DNA from: an uncultured Trueperaceae bacterium
GTDB taxonomy: Bacteria; Deinococcota; Deinococci; Deinococcales; Trueperaceae
Assembly (NCBI GenBank): GCA_963727505.1
Contig: CAVSGP010000009.1
Span: 544,001-608,000, forward strand
Length of the DNA: 64,000 bases
Direction of reading: 5' to 3'
The notes beneath the pieces were generated by a model. The model saw nothing but the letters and a program-made list of their open reading frames with translations. It searched no databases and was not told where the DNA came from. This document shows, piece after piece, positions 20,308 to 29,809 of the stretch; the first letter of the stretch is position 1, and the number at the start of each line of letters is the position of its first letter. The translations under genes and the position numbers were made by a program.

Positions 20308-20589
20308 TCAGCTGGCCGGGGTGTCGGGGAGCAGCCACCAGAGCAGCAGGTAGCCGAGGCCGGTGACCCCGATCGACGGGATCAGCGACGCCGCGAAGAG
20401 CACGCGCACGACCGTCGGCGAGGCGTCGACGTAGGCGGCGATGCCGCCGCAGACGCCGGCCAGCACCCGGTCGGACCGCGAGCGCCGGAGCGAGGCCCCG
20501 GTATTGGGGCGCCGGGCACGCCGTTGATCGTGGGGCAGCCCGTCTCGAGGCGGCTCACCGGAAGGGGTGGGTTCGGGGTGGATCGTCAC
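20308..20589 (-). CDS. PspC domain protein
   Basis: LRRSRSDRVLAGVCGGIAAY....TVVRVLF and YLLLWWLLP; GTGA overlap with the upstream gene. Confidence 0.88.
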   Translation of the reverse strand: MTIHPEPTPSGEPPRDGLPHDQRRARRPNTGASLRRSRSDRVLAGVCGGIAAYVDASPTVVRVLFAASLIPSIGVTGLGYLLLWWLLPDTPAS

Positions 20590-20933
20590 GACGGTGCCTC
20601 CGGGTCGCGCGGGATACTGGGGCGGGCTTCCGGGTCGCGCAGGGCGGCGTGCACGCGCGCTTCGAGCTCGCGCACGTCGACGCCGAAGTAGCGATCCGGC
20701 ACCAGCGCCAGGTGCTTGAGTGCCTTGGCGTAGTTGCGTCGCCCGCCTCGGGCGGAGCGCAGGGCGCGGGCCTTGTGGAGCGCCGCTGCCAGCAGGATGA
20801 TGCCGCCGAGGAAGTGCTTCTCGACGCCATGGCTGCGCGTCCACGCCTCCTCGAGCGCCTCATGGGCGTCCCAGTAGGCACCGTCTTCGAAGAGCGCCGC
20901 GCCGCGCCGCCAGGTGGGTTCGTCCAGCATCAC
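20586..20933 (-). CDS. DUF309 domain protein
   Basis: G..LF..G.YWDAHEALEEAW, G.I.LAAALH pattern; TATACT 7 nt before the GTG. Confidence 0.85.
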   Translation of the reverse strand: MMLDEPTWRRGAALFEDGAYWDAHEALEEAWTRSHGVEKHFLGGIILLAAALHKARALRSARGGRRNYAKALKHLALVPDRYFGVDVRELEARVHAALRDPEARPSIPRDPEAPS

Positions 20934-20993
20934 GCCTCCCAGTATAGGCGCGGGTCCGTGGCCGGTCGCGCCGGCCGTGCGGTAGGCTGGGGC

Positions 20994-21596
20994 GTGCCCG
21001 ATCCGGCTCGTCTCCGACGCTCCTCCCGGCCCCGCCGGCTGGTGGTCGCCGTTACCGGCGGCAGCGGCCTGATCTATGCCGTGGATCTACTGCGCTTCCT
21101 GGCGGGCACGGAGGTGGAGACGCATCTGGTGGTGAGCGCGGGCGCCAAGCAGGTCGCCCCGACGGAGCTCGACGGCGGTCTCGACACCCTCGAGGGCCTG
21201 GCCGACGTCGTCCACAAGGACGCCGACCTCGGCGCCCCCATCGCGTCCGGCAGCTTCCGGGTCGACGGCATGGTGGTGGTGCCCTGCAGCGCAGGGACGC
21301 TCGCCAAGGTGGCAGCCGGCTTCGGCGACACCCTGGTCGCGCGGGCCGCACACGTCACACTCAAGGAACGGCGCCCGCTGGTGCTGGTGGTGCGCGAGGC
21401 TCCCTACTCCCGTCCCATGATCCAGAACATGCTCGCCGTCAACGATGCCGGCGCCGTGGTTCTGCCGGCCTCGCCCGGCTTCTACCAGCGCCCGCGCACC
21501 ATCGAGGATCTGGTGGGCGGCATCACCGCCCGCGTGCTCGATCACCTCGCGATCGACAACGCCCGCGCTCCCCGTTGGAAGGAGCCCGATGCCTGA
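20994..21596 (+). CDS. ubiX: Flavin prenyltransferase
   Basis: VTGGSG, APIASGSF, VVPCSAGTLA, RAAHVTLKERRPLVLVVRE and PASPGFY motifs. Confidence 0.93.
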   Translation: MPDPARLRRSSRPRRLVVAVTGGSGLIYAVDLLRFLAGTEVETHLVVSAGAKQVAPTELDGGLDTLEGLADVVHKDADLGAPIASGSFRVDGMVVVPCSAGTLAKVAAGFGDTLVARAAHVTLKERRPLVLVVREAPYSRPMIQNMLAVNDAGAVVLPASPGFYQRPRTIEDLVGGITARVLDHLAIDNARAPRWKEPDA

Positions 21597-22269
21597 GCAG
21601 GTGGGCGTCGCCGGCCTGCTCGCTGCGGCCGGGCAGGGTCTCCGTCTGGCGGCCGGCCCGAAGGCCTTCGTCTCGGTCGGCGACCGTACGCTGCTGCAGT
21701 GGGCGGTGCTGGCCCTTCAGGACGTCGTCGATGAGGTCGTCGTGGCGGTCGCCGACGGCGACGAGGTGCGGGCGCGGGCGTTGGTGCCCGGTGTACGGGT
21801 GATCGCCGGCGGGGCCAGCAGGCAGGCCACCGTGGCGCGTCTCGTTCACGCCACCGACGCCGAGGTGGTGCTGGTCCACGACGCCGCACGTCCCTTCCTG
21901 CCCGAAGCGGTGGCGCGGCGGGTGGTGGCGGGCGCGCGGGCGGCGGGAGCCGCCAGCGCGGCGCTGCGTCTGGCCGACACGATCGTCGAGGTCGACACCG
22001 GGGTCACGCTCGAGCGCGACCGGCTGCGCGCCATCCAGACACCACAAGGCTTCCTGCGGTCCGTCCTGGAGGAAGCTCATGCGCGGGCTCGGGCCGAGCG
22101 GTTCGAGGCCACCGACGACGCAGCGCTGGTACGGCGGCTGGGCCGGCACGTCGAGCTAGTAGAGGGTAGCCCGCTGCTCCACAAGATCACGACGCCGGAC
22201 GACCTGCGTCTGGCCGCCGCGTTGGAGGAGCTGTGGTTGGAGCAGCGGGCTCGAGGAACGCTGCCATGA
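21589..22269 (+). CDS. ispD: 2-C-methyl-D-erythritol 4-phosphate cytidylyltransferase
   Basis: AAGQGLRL...PKAF, GGASRQ, VHDAARPF, QTPQGF, TDDA and KITTPDDL motifs. Confidence 0.95.
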   Translation: MPEQVGVAGLLAAAGQGLRLAAGPKAFVSVGDRTLLQWAVLALQDVVDEVVVAVADGDEVRARALVPGVRVIAGGASRQATVARLVHATDAEVVLVHDAARPFLPEAVARRVVAGARAAGAASAALRLADTIVEVDTGVTLERDRLRAIQTPQGFLRSVLEEAHARARAERFEATDDAALVRRLGRHVELVEGSPLLHKITTPDDLRLAAALEELWLEQRARGTLP

Positions 22270-23132
22270 GCGGGCCAGGAAGCGGGAGCACGAGCGGAAC
22301 CGGAAGGGTCGAGGGAAGGGCCCACGCCAAGGTGAACCTCGGGCTGTCGGTGCTGGCCCGGCGGGGGGACGGCTACCACGAGATCGAGAGCCTGATGACG
22401 CGGGTTTCGCTGGCCGATGACGTGTGCGTCGTGCGCGACGGCACCGGTGTGGTGGTTTCCGTCGAGGGGGCCGAACTCCCCACCGACGACCGCAACCTGG
22501 CGCTGCGAGCGGCCCGCCGCTACCTGGAGGCCGCCGGCGCGGTCGATATCGGCGTCGCCATCGAGCTCACGAAGCGCATCCCGATCGCCGCCGGGCTGGG
22601 CGGCGGGTCCTCCGACGCTGCCGCGGTGCTGCGCGCCCTGAGAACGCTGGTCCCGGCCGACGTGGACCTGGAGCGGCTCGCCCTCGAGCTCGGCTCGGAC
22701 GTCCCCTTCTTCCTGGCCGGGCACGCCGCGGCGCTGGCACGGGGCCGGGGCGAGCGCCTCGAGGCGGTTCCGCTGCCGAAGCTGGCGCTGGTATTGGCGT
22801 ACCCGGGCGAGGCGGTGTCGGCGGCGGAGGCCTACGGAGCGCTGCAGAGCTTCACGTCGCGGCTGCAGCTCGATGCACTGCTCGAGAAGCTGCGTGCCGG
22901 CACGGAGCCCGGCTTCGTCAACGCCCTGCAGCCCGGTGTGGTGCGCGCCCACCCCGTGGTGCGCGAGGTCATCAAGGCGCTGCGCGCCGAGGGGTTGCGC
23001 GGGGTCAGCATGTCGGGGAGCGGAAGCTGCTGCCTGGCGCTCGCGCCGGACCGGGCCGAAGCCGAGGACGCCGCGCAGCGACTGCGCGCCGCTCATCCCC
23101 TGTGGACGGTGGTCGCCGCCGAGAGCGGCTGA
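22266..23132 (+). CDS. ispE: CDP-ME kinase
   Basis: AKVNLGL, DGYHEI, KRIPIAAGLGGGSSDAA, LGSDVPFF and MSGSG motifs. Confidence 0.95.
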   Translation: MSGPGSGSTSGTGRVEGRAHAKVNLGLSVLARRGDGYHEIESLMTRVSLADDVCVVRDGTGVVVSVEGAELPTDDRNLALRAARRYLEAAGAVDIGVAIELTKRIPIAAGLGGGSSDAAAVLRALRTLVPADVDLERLALELGSDVPFFLAGHAAALARGRGERLEAVPLPKLALVLAYPGEAVSAAEAYGALQSFTSRLQLDALLEKLRAGTEPGFVNALQPGVVRAHPVVREVIKALRAEGLRGVSMSGSGSCCLALAPDRAEAEDAAQRLRAAHPLWTVVAAESG

Positions 23133-23176
23133 GCCGCTGCGAGCGGCTCTGCCGCTGCGAGCGGCGTAGCCGCTCG
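23123..23176. repeat. Three 18-bp tandem units, each a mini-hairpin AGCGGC-NNN-GCCGCT, spanning the ispE stop
   Basis: gagcggctgagccgctgc / gagcggctctgccgctgc / gagcggcgtagccgctcg. Confidence 0.85.
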
Positions 23177-23180
23177 TGCG

Positions 23181-23567
23181 TCAGCCTCCGCGCCGCGGGA
23201 AGTCCTTCTGGTGCTCCTCGTCGTCCTGCACGAGCAGATCTTCGCCGGCCAGCGACTCGACGTGGTGACGCAGCTCGTGGGTGATGGTCTCCCAAAGCTC
23301 ACCCTCCCAGTCGAAGGCGGGGTCGCCTTCGGCTACGGCCGCGAAGGAGCCGTAGTACACCGCGATGTGGCGACCGAGCCCGGGCTGCCCGCCGAGGAAG
23401 TCCTCCGCGCCGGGATCGAGGTATTCGCCGAGGCGATAGACGTCCTCGTAGTCCTCCTCCTCACGGGCCTCCTCGAGCACGTGCACGCCTTGCAATCCCT
23501 TCAGGAAGGCGTCGGGGATCTCGTCGACCATCGCTGCGGCGGCGTCGCGGAACGCCTCGTACGTCAT
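23181..23567 (-). CDS. Minimal zincin-like metallopeptidase
   Basis: ETITHELRHH (HExxH); LGEY..., I.VYYGSF; TAGACT 5 nt before the ATG. Confidence 0.8.
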   Translation of the reverse strand: MTYEAFRDAAAAMVDEIPDAFLKGLQGVHVLEEAREEEDYEDVYRLGEYLDPGAEDFLGGQPGLGRHIAVYYGSFAAVAEGDPAFDWEGELWETITHELRHHVESLAGEDLLVQDDEEHQKDFPRRGG

Positions 23568-23635
23568 GCTTCAGTCTACGGCTGGCGCCCAGCCGCTGCG
23601 GTGCCTGCCAGCCGCCTCCGGCGGGTGCTCGAAGC

Positions 23636-24685
23636 TCACCGGACCGTCGTCGGGACCCCGTCCCCCACCGCCACGGGACGTCCGAGTGCGGCGCTGTCGT
23701 AGGCGCGCAGAACGAGGCGCACGGCTTCGCGACCGTCCTCGCCGCTGCAGGCCACCGCGCGTTCGCCTCGAAGCGCGGCCATGAACGCACCGATGTGGCG
23801 GTTGTGCGGCCCCTCGCCGGCGAAGTCGTAGGTGGTGACGTCGGTCTCGCCCCAGGTGGTGCCCGGCGAGCCGCGGTAGCTGTGGCGCAACACCGGCGGC
23901 CCGAAGCGGTTGGTGCACTCCAGGGCTCCTTCGGTGCCGTAGATCCAGAAGCCCTCCTCCCAGCCGGTGGCCGTCCACGCCGTCTCAACCGTCCCCAGGG
24001 CGCCGTCGTCGAAGCGCAGGGACACCACCGCGGTGTCCTCGACCTCGACGTCGTACTGCAGGCGGGCGGTGCGGGCGTACACCTCTTCGACACGGCCGCC
24101 GAAGAAGCGAGCGAGGTCCATCAGGTGGCAGCCGTTGTCGAGCAACGTGCCGCCTCCCGAGGACGCCTGCGTGGCGAACGAGGGGCGCACGCCGAGCCCC
24201 GCCCAGTCGTGCGCCTGGCGCAGCCGCACGTAGGTGACGCGCCCGATGGCGCCGGCGGCGAGGAGCTCGCCGGCACGGCGGGCGGGCCCGCCGGAACGGA
24301 GTTGGTGGTTGACCTGCAACAGCACCCCCGCCCGACGGCAGGCGTCGATCATGCCGTCAGCGAGCTCCAGCGACAGCGCGATCGGCTTCTCCACCAGCAC
24401 ATGGATGCCCTTCTCGGCTGCCGCCAGGGTGGCCGGGTGATGCACGGCGGTGGGCGCGGCGATGCTCACGACATCGATGCCGCCGTCGTCGAACATGGCG
24501 CGGAAGTCGTGGTAGCGGCGCTCCACGCCCCAGACGCGGCCGGCGCGCTCGAGAGAGGCGTCGTCGACGTCGCACAACGCCACGATCTCTGCGCCAGCAG
24601 CCAGCCAGCCTTCCCGGTGGCGCCGCGAGATCGCGCCGGTACCGAGGATGGCAACCCGAACGGGGCGGTTGTCGACGGGGTTCAT
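23636..24685 (-). CDS. Gfo/Idh/MocA family oxidoreductase (ThuB-like context)
   Basis: ILGTGAI, HVLVEKP, GGGTLLDNGCH and VED motifs. Confidence 0.92.
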   Translation of the reverse strand: MNPVDNRPVRVAILGTGAISRRHREGWLAAGAEIVALCDVDDASLERAGRVWGVERRYHDFRAMFDDGGIDVVSIAAPTAVHHPATLAAAEKGIHVLVEKPIALSLELADGMIDACRRAGVLLQVNHQLRSGGPARRAGELLAAGAIGRVTYVRLRQAHDWAGLGVRPSFATQASSGGGTLLDNGCHLMDLARFFGGRVEEVYARTARLQYDVEVEDTAVVSLRFDDGALGTVETAWTATGWEEGFWIYGTEGALECTNRFGPPVLRHSYRGSPGTTWGETDVTTYDFAGEGPHNRHIGAFMAALRGERAVACSGEDGREAVRLVLRAYDSAALGRPVAVGDGVPTTVR

Positions 24686-24707
24686 GAGGTCCTCCCGGGC
24701 CGGGGGC

Positions 24708-25460
24708 TCACCCGATGTGCTCCTTGCCCGGGTTGGGCACGGGCTCGAGCGCAGCCACCTGGATCGGCTTGCGAACGTCCACCGTGACCCGCCGCGCCGC
24801 GTAGTCCGCGGCGTTGGCGAGGATGCGGCGCACGTGCGGGTGGCGGTAGGTCGGGTAGGCCTCGTGGCCGGGCCGGAAGTACACCACGCGGCCGTGCCCG
24901 CGCCGCCACGTGCACAGGCTGCGGAACACCTCGCCCCCCTGGAACCAGGAGAGCATCAGGAGCTCGTCGGGTTCCGGCACGTCGAACCGCTCCCCGTACA
25001 TCTCCTCCTTCTCGAGCTCGAAGTGGTCGGGGACGCCCGCGAGGATAGGGTGCGAGGGCTGCAGGTTCCACAACCGCTCCTTCTCGTCGGCCTCGCGCCA
25101 GCGGAGCCAGCCGCTGGTGCCGAGCACGCGCTTGAACACCTTGGAGACGTGCCCCGAGTGCAGCACCACCAGACCCATCCCGGAGAGCACCGCAGCATGC
25201 ACGCGCTCGACGACGTCGTCGGAGACCTCGGCGTGGGCCTTGTGACCCCACCAGAAGAGCACGTCCGTGCTTTCGAGGACCTCCGGGGTGAGGCCGTGCT
25301 CGGGTTGTCGCAGCGTGGCGGTGCGCACCTCGGCGTCGAGGTGCTCGGTCAGAGCCGAGGCCACCTCGGCGTGGATCCCGTCGGGGTAGACGGCGCGTAC
25401 GAGCTCGTTCTCGATCTCGTGCAGGTATTCGTTCCAGACGGTGATGCGGATTCGGCTCAT
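24708..25460 (-). CDS. thuA: Trehalose-utilisation protein ThuA
   Basis: VWNE..HE, YPDGIH, WWGHKAH, LHSGH, EEMYGE.FD and YFRPGHE motifs. Confidence 0.9.
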   Translation of the reverse strand: MSRIRITVWNEYLHEIENELVRAVYPDGIHAEVASALTEHLDAEVRTATLRQPEHGLTPEVLESTDVLFWWGHKAHAEVSDDVVERVHAAVLSGMGLVVLHSGHVSKVFKRVLGTSGWLRWREADEKERLWNLQPSHPILAGVPDHFELEKEEMYGERFDVPEPDELLMLSWFQGGEVFRSLCTWRRGHGRVVYFRPGHEAYPTYRHPHVRRILANAADYAARRVTVDVRKPIQVAALEPVPNPGKEHIG

Positions 25461-25557
25461 GCATGTCCTCCGGGGGCGGGCGCGCCCCGATCCGGTCGAG
25501 CATACGTCCGGGTGCGGCCGCCGCGTCAAGGGGCGCGCGGCACGTTCGGGCCCGGCG

Positions 25558-26799
25558 TCAGGCCCCGCTCTCGGACGGGATCCGGCGCGCGACCCGCGAG
25601 ACCGTCAGGCCCTGGACCAGGATGGAGAACACCACCACCGCGTAGGTCATCGACACGATCAGGTCGCGCTCGTGGCCGGCGGGAAGCGACAACGCGAGCG
25701 CCACCGAGATGCCGCCGCGCAGCCCGCCCCACACCATGGTGCGAACGGTCCAGGGCGGGAAGTGGCGCTGCGCCCGCAACATGGTGATGGCAGCACCCAC
25801 GCTGACCAGTCGGGCGGCCAGTGCCAGCGGGATGGCCAACAGTGCCAGCGGCCAGGGGTAGTCCTTGGCCAGCAGCAGGATCTCCAGGCCGATCAACACG
25901 AACAGGATGGCATTGAGGATCTCGTCGATCAGCTCCCAGAAGGTATCGAGGTGCTCGCGGGTGGTGGTGCTCATGGCCAGCATGCGGCCGCGGTTGCCGA
26001 TGAACAGACCCGCCACCACCATCGCGAGCGGGCCCGACATGTGCACGGCGTTGGCGAGGGCGTAACCCCCGGACACCAGCGCCAGGGTCAGCAGCACCTC
26101 GACGGTGTACTCGTCGACCGCGCGCAGCAACAGGTAGGTGCCGACGCCGAGCACGAAGCCCAGCGCCAGCCCGCCGAGCGCCTCGCGCACGAACAGCATC
26201 AGGGCGCCCGACGTCTCGCCGTGGCCGCCGCTCGCCGCCATGGCGAAGTTGAGCGCCGCCAGGAACACCACGATGCCGACACCGTCGTTGAACAGGCTCT
26301 CGCCCACGACCAGCGTTTCCACGTCGGGCCGCACGCCGAGCCGGCGCAGGATGCCGAGCACCGCGATGGGATCGGTGGGCGAGATCAAGGCGCCGAAAAC
26401 GAACGCCCAGGCCAGCGGCAGGCCATAGCCCAGCAGGGCGGACCCGAGGTACACCAGCAGCCCGACCACCACGGTCGAGATGACCACGCCGACGGTGGCG
26501 AGGACCACGATCGGCCAGCCCTGCCGCCCCAGATCCTCGAGGTTCACTTGCAGCGAGCCGGCGAACAGCAGGTAGCTCAGGAGGCCCTGGAGCACCAGCG
26601 TGCCGAAGTTCAGCGAATCGAGGAAGCCCTGCGCCCAGTGGGTGAGGGCGGTGTCGCGGAACACCAGGAGCCCCAGGGAGGTGACCAGGGCCACCAGCAT
26701 CACGCCGATGGGCGTGGGCAGCTTGATCCAGCGCTCGTTCACGAAGCCGAACAGGGCGGTGATGGTGAGCACCAGGGCGAAGGACTGGAAGAGGCCCAT
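25558..26799 (-). CDS. CPA1 (NhaP-type) Na+/H+ antiporter
   Basis: [21 protein letters not shown] and [14 protein letters not shown] motifs; TACAAT 7 nt before the ATG. Confidence 0.93.
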   Translation of the reverse strand: MGLFQSFALVLTITALFGFVNERWIKLPTPIGVMLVALVTSLGLLVFRDTALTHWAQGFLDSLNFGTLVLQGLLSYLLFAGSLQVNLEDLGRQGWPIVVLATVGVVISTVVVGLLVYLGSALLGYGLPLAWAFVFGALISPTDPIAVLGILRRLGVRPDVETLVVGESLFNDGVGIVVFLAALNFAMAASGGHGETSGALMLFVREALGGLALGFVLGVGTYLLLRAVDEYTVEVLLTLALVSGGYALANAVHMSGPLAMVVAGLFIGNRGRMLAMSTTTREHLDTFWELIDEILNAILFVLIGLEILLLAKDYPWPLALLAIPLALAARLVSVGAAITMLRAQRHFPPWTVRTMVWGGLRGGISVALALSLPAGHERDLIVSMTYAVVVFSILVQGLTVSRVARRIPSESGA

Positions 26800-26868
26800 G
26801 CCCGCGATTGTACGCGTGGGAGGGGCGTCGCCCCATCGAACTCATCGCCGGGCCGGGTACGTTGAAGC

Positions 26869-27423
26869 GTGCTCACGATCCGAAGCGAGCGGGAAGAGGA
26901 CGCGGCCGGTATCTACGAAGTGCACCTGGCCGCCTTCGAGACGCCGGCCGAGGCCGACCTCGTCGAGGCGATCCGGGCGTCCCGGCACTACCAGTCCCGC
27001 TTGTCGATCGTTGCGGAGACCGACGACGAGATCGTCGGGCACGCCCTGCTCAGCTACGCCGAGCTCGTGGATGGCGTGCGCGCACGTCCCGTCCTGGTGC
27101 TTGCCCCCCTGGCGGTGTTACCGCGCTACCAGGAGCATGGTGCAGGGACGGCCATGATGCATGAGTGCATCGGCCGCGCCGATCACGCCGGCGAGCCCAT
27201 CATCGTGCTGGTCGGCCACCCCGGCTACTATCCACGCTTCGGTTTCGTACCCGCATCGCGCTACGGCATCGCGCCGCCCGAGCCTCTGCCGGACGCGGTG
27301 TTCATGGCCCGGAGACTCTCCGGCTACGATCCTTCGTGGCGGGGTCGGCTCGCCTACCCGCCGGCGTTCGACCTCGTGATGCAGGACCTGGAGCGGCCCC
27401 CCGCGCCCGTGCTGGCGAGCTGA
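26869..27423 (+). CDS. GNAT N-acetyltransferase (YhbS-like)
   Basis: IVGH, LAPLAVLP.YQ..G.G and LVGHPGYYPRFGF motifs. Confidence 0.9.
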   Translation: MLTIRSEREEDAAGIYEVHLAAFETPAEADLVEAIRASRHYQSRLSIVAETDDEIVGHALLSYAELVDGVRARPVLVLAPLAVLPRYQEHGAGTAMMHECIGRADHAGEPIIVLVGHPGYYPRFGFVPASRYGIAPPEPLPDAVFMARRLSGYDPSWRGRLAYPPAFDLVMQDLERPPAPVLAS

Positions 27424-27532
27424 GAACAGCCCCGCTCCTCGCGACCACACTTCGCTGCCGAGCGCAACCCGCCGCGCGCAGTGTACCCGAGGATGCTCAT
27501 CTAACTCATGACAGATTCACGCTCCGCTAAAG

Positions 27533-27548
27533 TGTCGACAGTCGGCAG
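27533..27548. promoter_or_regulatory. Candidate GntR/FadR-type operator
   Basis: Palindrome TGTCGACA overlapped by a degenerate copy aGTCGgCA, upstream of the GntR gene. Confidence 0.45.
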
Positions 27549-27578
27549 TTGGCACCTTGGAGGGGTGGCGAGCCACGC

Positions 27579-28286
27579 ATGGATGCGCTCTCGAGCGTCA
27601 CGACGGGTCCCAGCATCAGCGAGCAGGTCTACCGTTCGCTGCGTGGCTCGTTGCTCGAGGGCGCGTATCCGTCGGGCGCGCAGCTCAGCGAGGCGGGCCT
27701 GGCGCAACGCCTGAACGTGAGCCGGGCCCCTGTGCGGGAGGCGCTGGAGCGCCTCGTCCAGGAGGGCCTGCTGGTCCGGCGTCCCCGCCGCGGCACCTTC
27801 GTCCGCTGCTACGACCGCTCCCAGGTGGGTGAGCTGATGGAGCTCCGGGGTGTCCTGGAGACCGCCGCGGCACACCTCGCCGTCGTCCGCGCCTCGGACG
27901 AGGAGCTCGACGCCTTGCGCCGTCTCCTCGACGCCGCCGACGCCGCTACCCAGCGGGGGGAGGGCTATCCGCCCGACCGGGACTTCCACCGTGCGCTCAC
28001 CGTGCTGGCCAAGAACGGCGAGTTGGCCAGGGTCACAGGGCTGGTCTTCGACCAGCTGCGGCTCGCCCGTGCCCTCTCGACCCAACGCAGCGGGCGCGCC
28101 CGCGAGGCGTGGCGCGAACATGCCAGCGTGCTGCGCGCGCTCGTCGCGCGCGACATCGACGGCGTGGACGCTGCCCTGGGAGCGCACCTGGCCGCCGCGG
28201 AGGCGGCCATGCTGGCCTGGGTCGACCGGGACGGCACCCCGCCACAAGGATCCGACACGGAGCGACGACTCCGTTCGATCGACTAG
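27579..28286 (+). CDS. GntR (FCD) transcriptional regulator
   Basis: LSEAGLAQRLNVSRAPVREAL wHTH; FCD domain DFH...EH. Confidence 0.93.
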   Translation: MDALSSVTTGPSISEQVYRSLRGSLLEGAYPSGAQLSEAGLAQRLNVSRAPVREALERLVQEGLLVRRPRRGTFVRCYDRSQVGELMELRGVLETAAAHLAVVRASDEELDALRRLLDAADAATQRGEGYPPDRDFHRALTVLAKNGELARVTGLVFDQLRLARALSTQRSGRAREAWREHASVLRALVARDIDGVDAALGAHLAAAEAAMLAWVDRDGTPPQGSDTERRLRSID

Positions 28287-28295
28287 GAGGAGTAT

Positions 28296-29273
28296 ATGAA
28301 GGTACGTCGATTGGCACCCCTGCTGGCCACGCTGTTGCTCGGCCTGCTCGGAAGCGCGTTCGCGTTCTCCCCGAGCAACGTCGAGTGCATCGCTCCGTCC
28401 GATCCCGGCGGCGGTTGGGACTTCACCTGCCGCTCGGTCGGCAAGATCCTGTACGACCTCAAGGACGTCCCGCAGCCTGTGAAGGTGACGAACATGGCCG
28501 GTGGCGGTGGCGGTGTGGCCTACGGCTACGTGGTGAGCAAGCGCAACAACGACGCCAACTTGCTGGTCGCCGCCAGCACCGCCACCACCACGCGCCTGGC
28601 GCAGAACCAGTACGCCGGCCTCACCGAGAACCAGGTGCGCTGGGTGGCCGCCCTCGGCGCCGACTTCGGCGTCATCACCGTAGCCGCGGATTCGCCCTTC
28701 CAGACCCTGCAAGACCTCATCGACGCGGTCAAGGCCGACCCGACCAAGGTGGCGTTCGGCGGCGGTAGCGCCGTCGGCGGCTGGGATCACCTGAAGGTCC
28801 TGCTGCTGATGAAGGCCGCCGGCATGTCGGACGTCAAGCGCGTCAAGTACATCTCGTTCAACAACGGCGGCGACGCCTTGACGCAGGTCCTGGGCCACCA
28901 CCTCCAGGCCGCGACGGGCGACATCTCCGAGGTCAAGGGTCAGCTCGACGCGGGCGCCGTGCGCGTGCTCGCCGTGCTCTCCGACGAACGTCTCCCCGGC
29001 GACCTCGGGAACATCCCGACCGCCAAGGAGCAGGGCTACGACGTCGTCGGCGCCAACTGGCGCGGCTTCTACATCCCGGCCGGCGCCTCGGACGAAGCCT
29101 TCACCTACTGGGGCGACACCCTCAAGGCGCTCTACCAGAGCGACGAGTGGAAGGCCGCCATGGTGAACAACGGACTGGCGCCGTTCTGGATGGGCGGCAG
29201 CACGTTCAACGACTTCGTGAACAAGCAGATCCAGGATCTTCGCGATCTTTCGAAGGAGATCGGGCTGCTGTAG
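28296..29273 (+). CDS. tctC: Tripartite tricarboxylate transporter substrate-binding protein
   Basis: Signal peptide; PGGGWDFTCR, NMAGGGGGVA and NWRGFY motifs. Confidence 0.92.
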   Translation: MKVRRLAPLLATLLLGLLGSAFAFSPSNVECIAPSDPGGGWDFTCRSVGKILYDLKDVPQPVKVTNMAGGGGGVAYGYVVSKRNNDANLLVAASTATTTRLAQNQYAGLTENQVRWVAALGADFGVITVAADSPFQTLQDLIDAVKADPTKVAFGGGSAVGGWDHLKVLLLMKAAGMSDVKRVKYISFNNGGDALTQVLGHHLQAATGDISEVKGQLDAGAVRVLAVLSDERLPGDLGNIPTAKEQGYDVVGANWRGFYIPAGASDEAFTYWGDTLKALYQSDEWKAAMVNNGLAPFWMGGSTFNDFVNKQIQDLRDLSKEIGLL

Positions 29274-29373
29274 CCCCTCTCCCGCGTGGGCGCGCCGCGA
29301 GCGCGCCCACGCCATCCCAGGGGGCGAGGAGCGCAGCCGCTCCACCCGCTCCGGAACGGGTACGGACTGGTTC

Positions 29374-29808
29374 ATGACCGATCGCATCACAGGGGGGTTG
29401 CTGCTGGCCCTGGCCATCGCGTTCGGGCTTCACGCTCGCAGCTTCACCACCAATTTTCTCACCGATCCCCTGGGTCCCCAGGCGTGGCCGATCATGCTGG
29501 CCGTCCTGATGGGGCTCTTCAGCCTCTATTTGCTCATCCGGCCTTCGTCCGAAGCCGTCTGGCCGAAGGCCGTGGTCCTGTTCCGGCAGGCCGTTCTGAT
29601 CGGCGCGCTGATCGTCTACGCGGTGTTGCTCGAGCCGCTCGGCTTCGTGCTCGCGACCGTCCTGGTGATGGCGTTCATGGCGGCGCTGCTGGGCGCCCGC
29701 TGGTGGCAGGCAGGCGTGACCGGCGTCGTGAGTAGCCTGGCGCTCTACGTCCTGTTCAACACGCTGCTGGGCCTGCCGTTGCCGGCCGGCGGGCTGTTCG
29801 GGGGCTAG
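29374..29808 (+). CDS. tctB: Tripartite tricarboxylate transporter small TM subunit
   Basis: DPLGP..WP, LEPLGF and LGLPLP motifs; 4 TM. Confidence 0.9.
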   Translation: MTDRITGGLLLALAIAFGLHARSFTTNFLTDPLGPQAWPIMLAVLMGLFSLYLLIRPSSEAVWPKAVVLFRQAVLIGALIVYAVLLEPLGFVLATVLVMAFMAALLGARWWQAGVTGVVSSLALYVLFNTLLGLPLPAGGLFGG

Positions 29809-29809
29809 T

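Noticed and set aside
29284..29312. ncRNA between tctC and tctB
   Set aside because: A single hairpin after a binding-protein gene, a routine mRNA-stabilising element.
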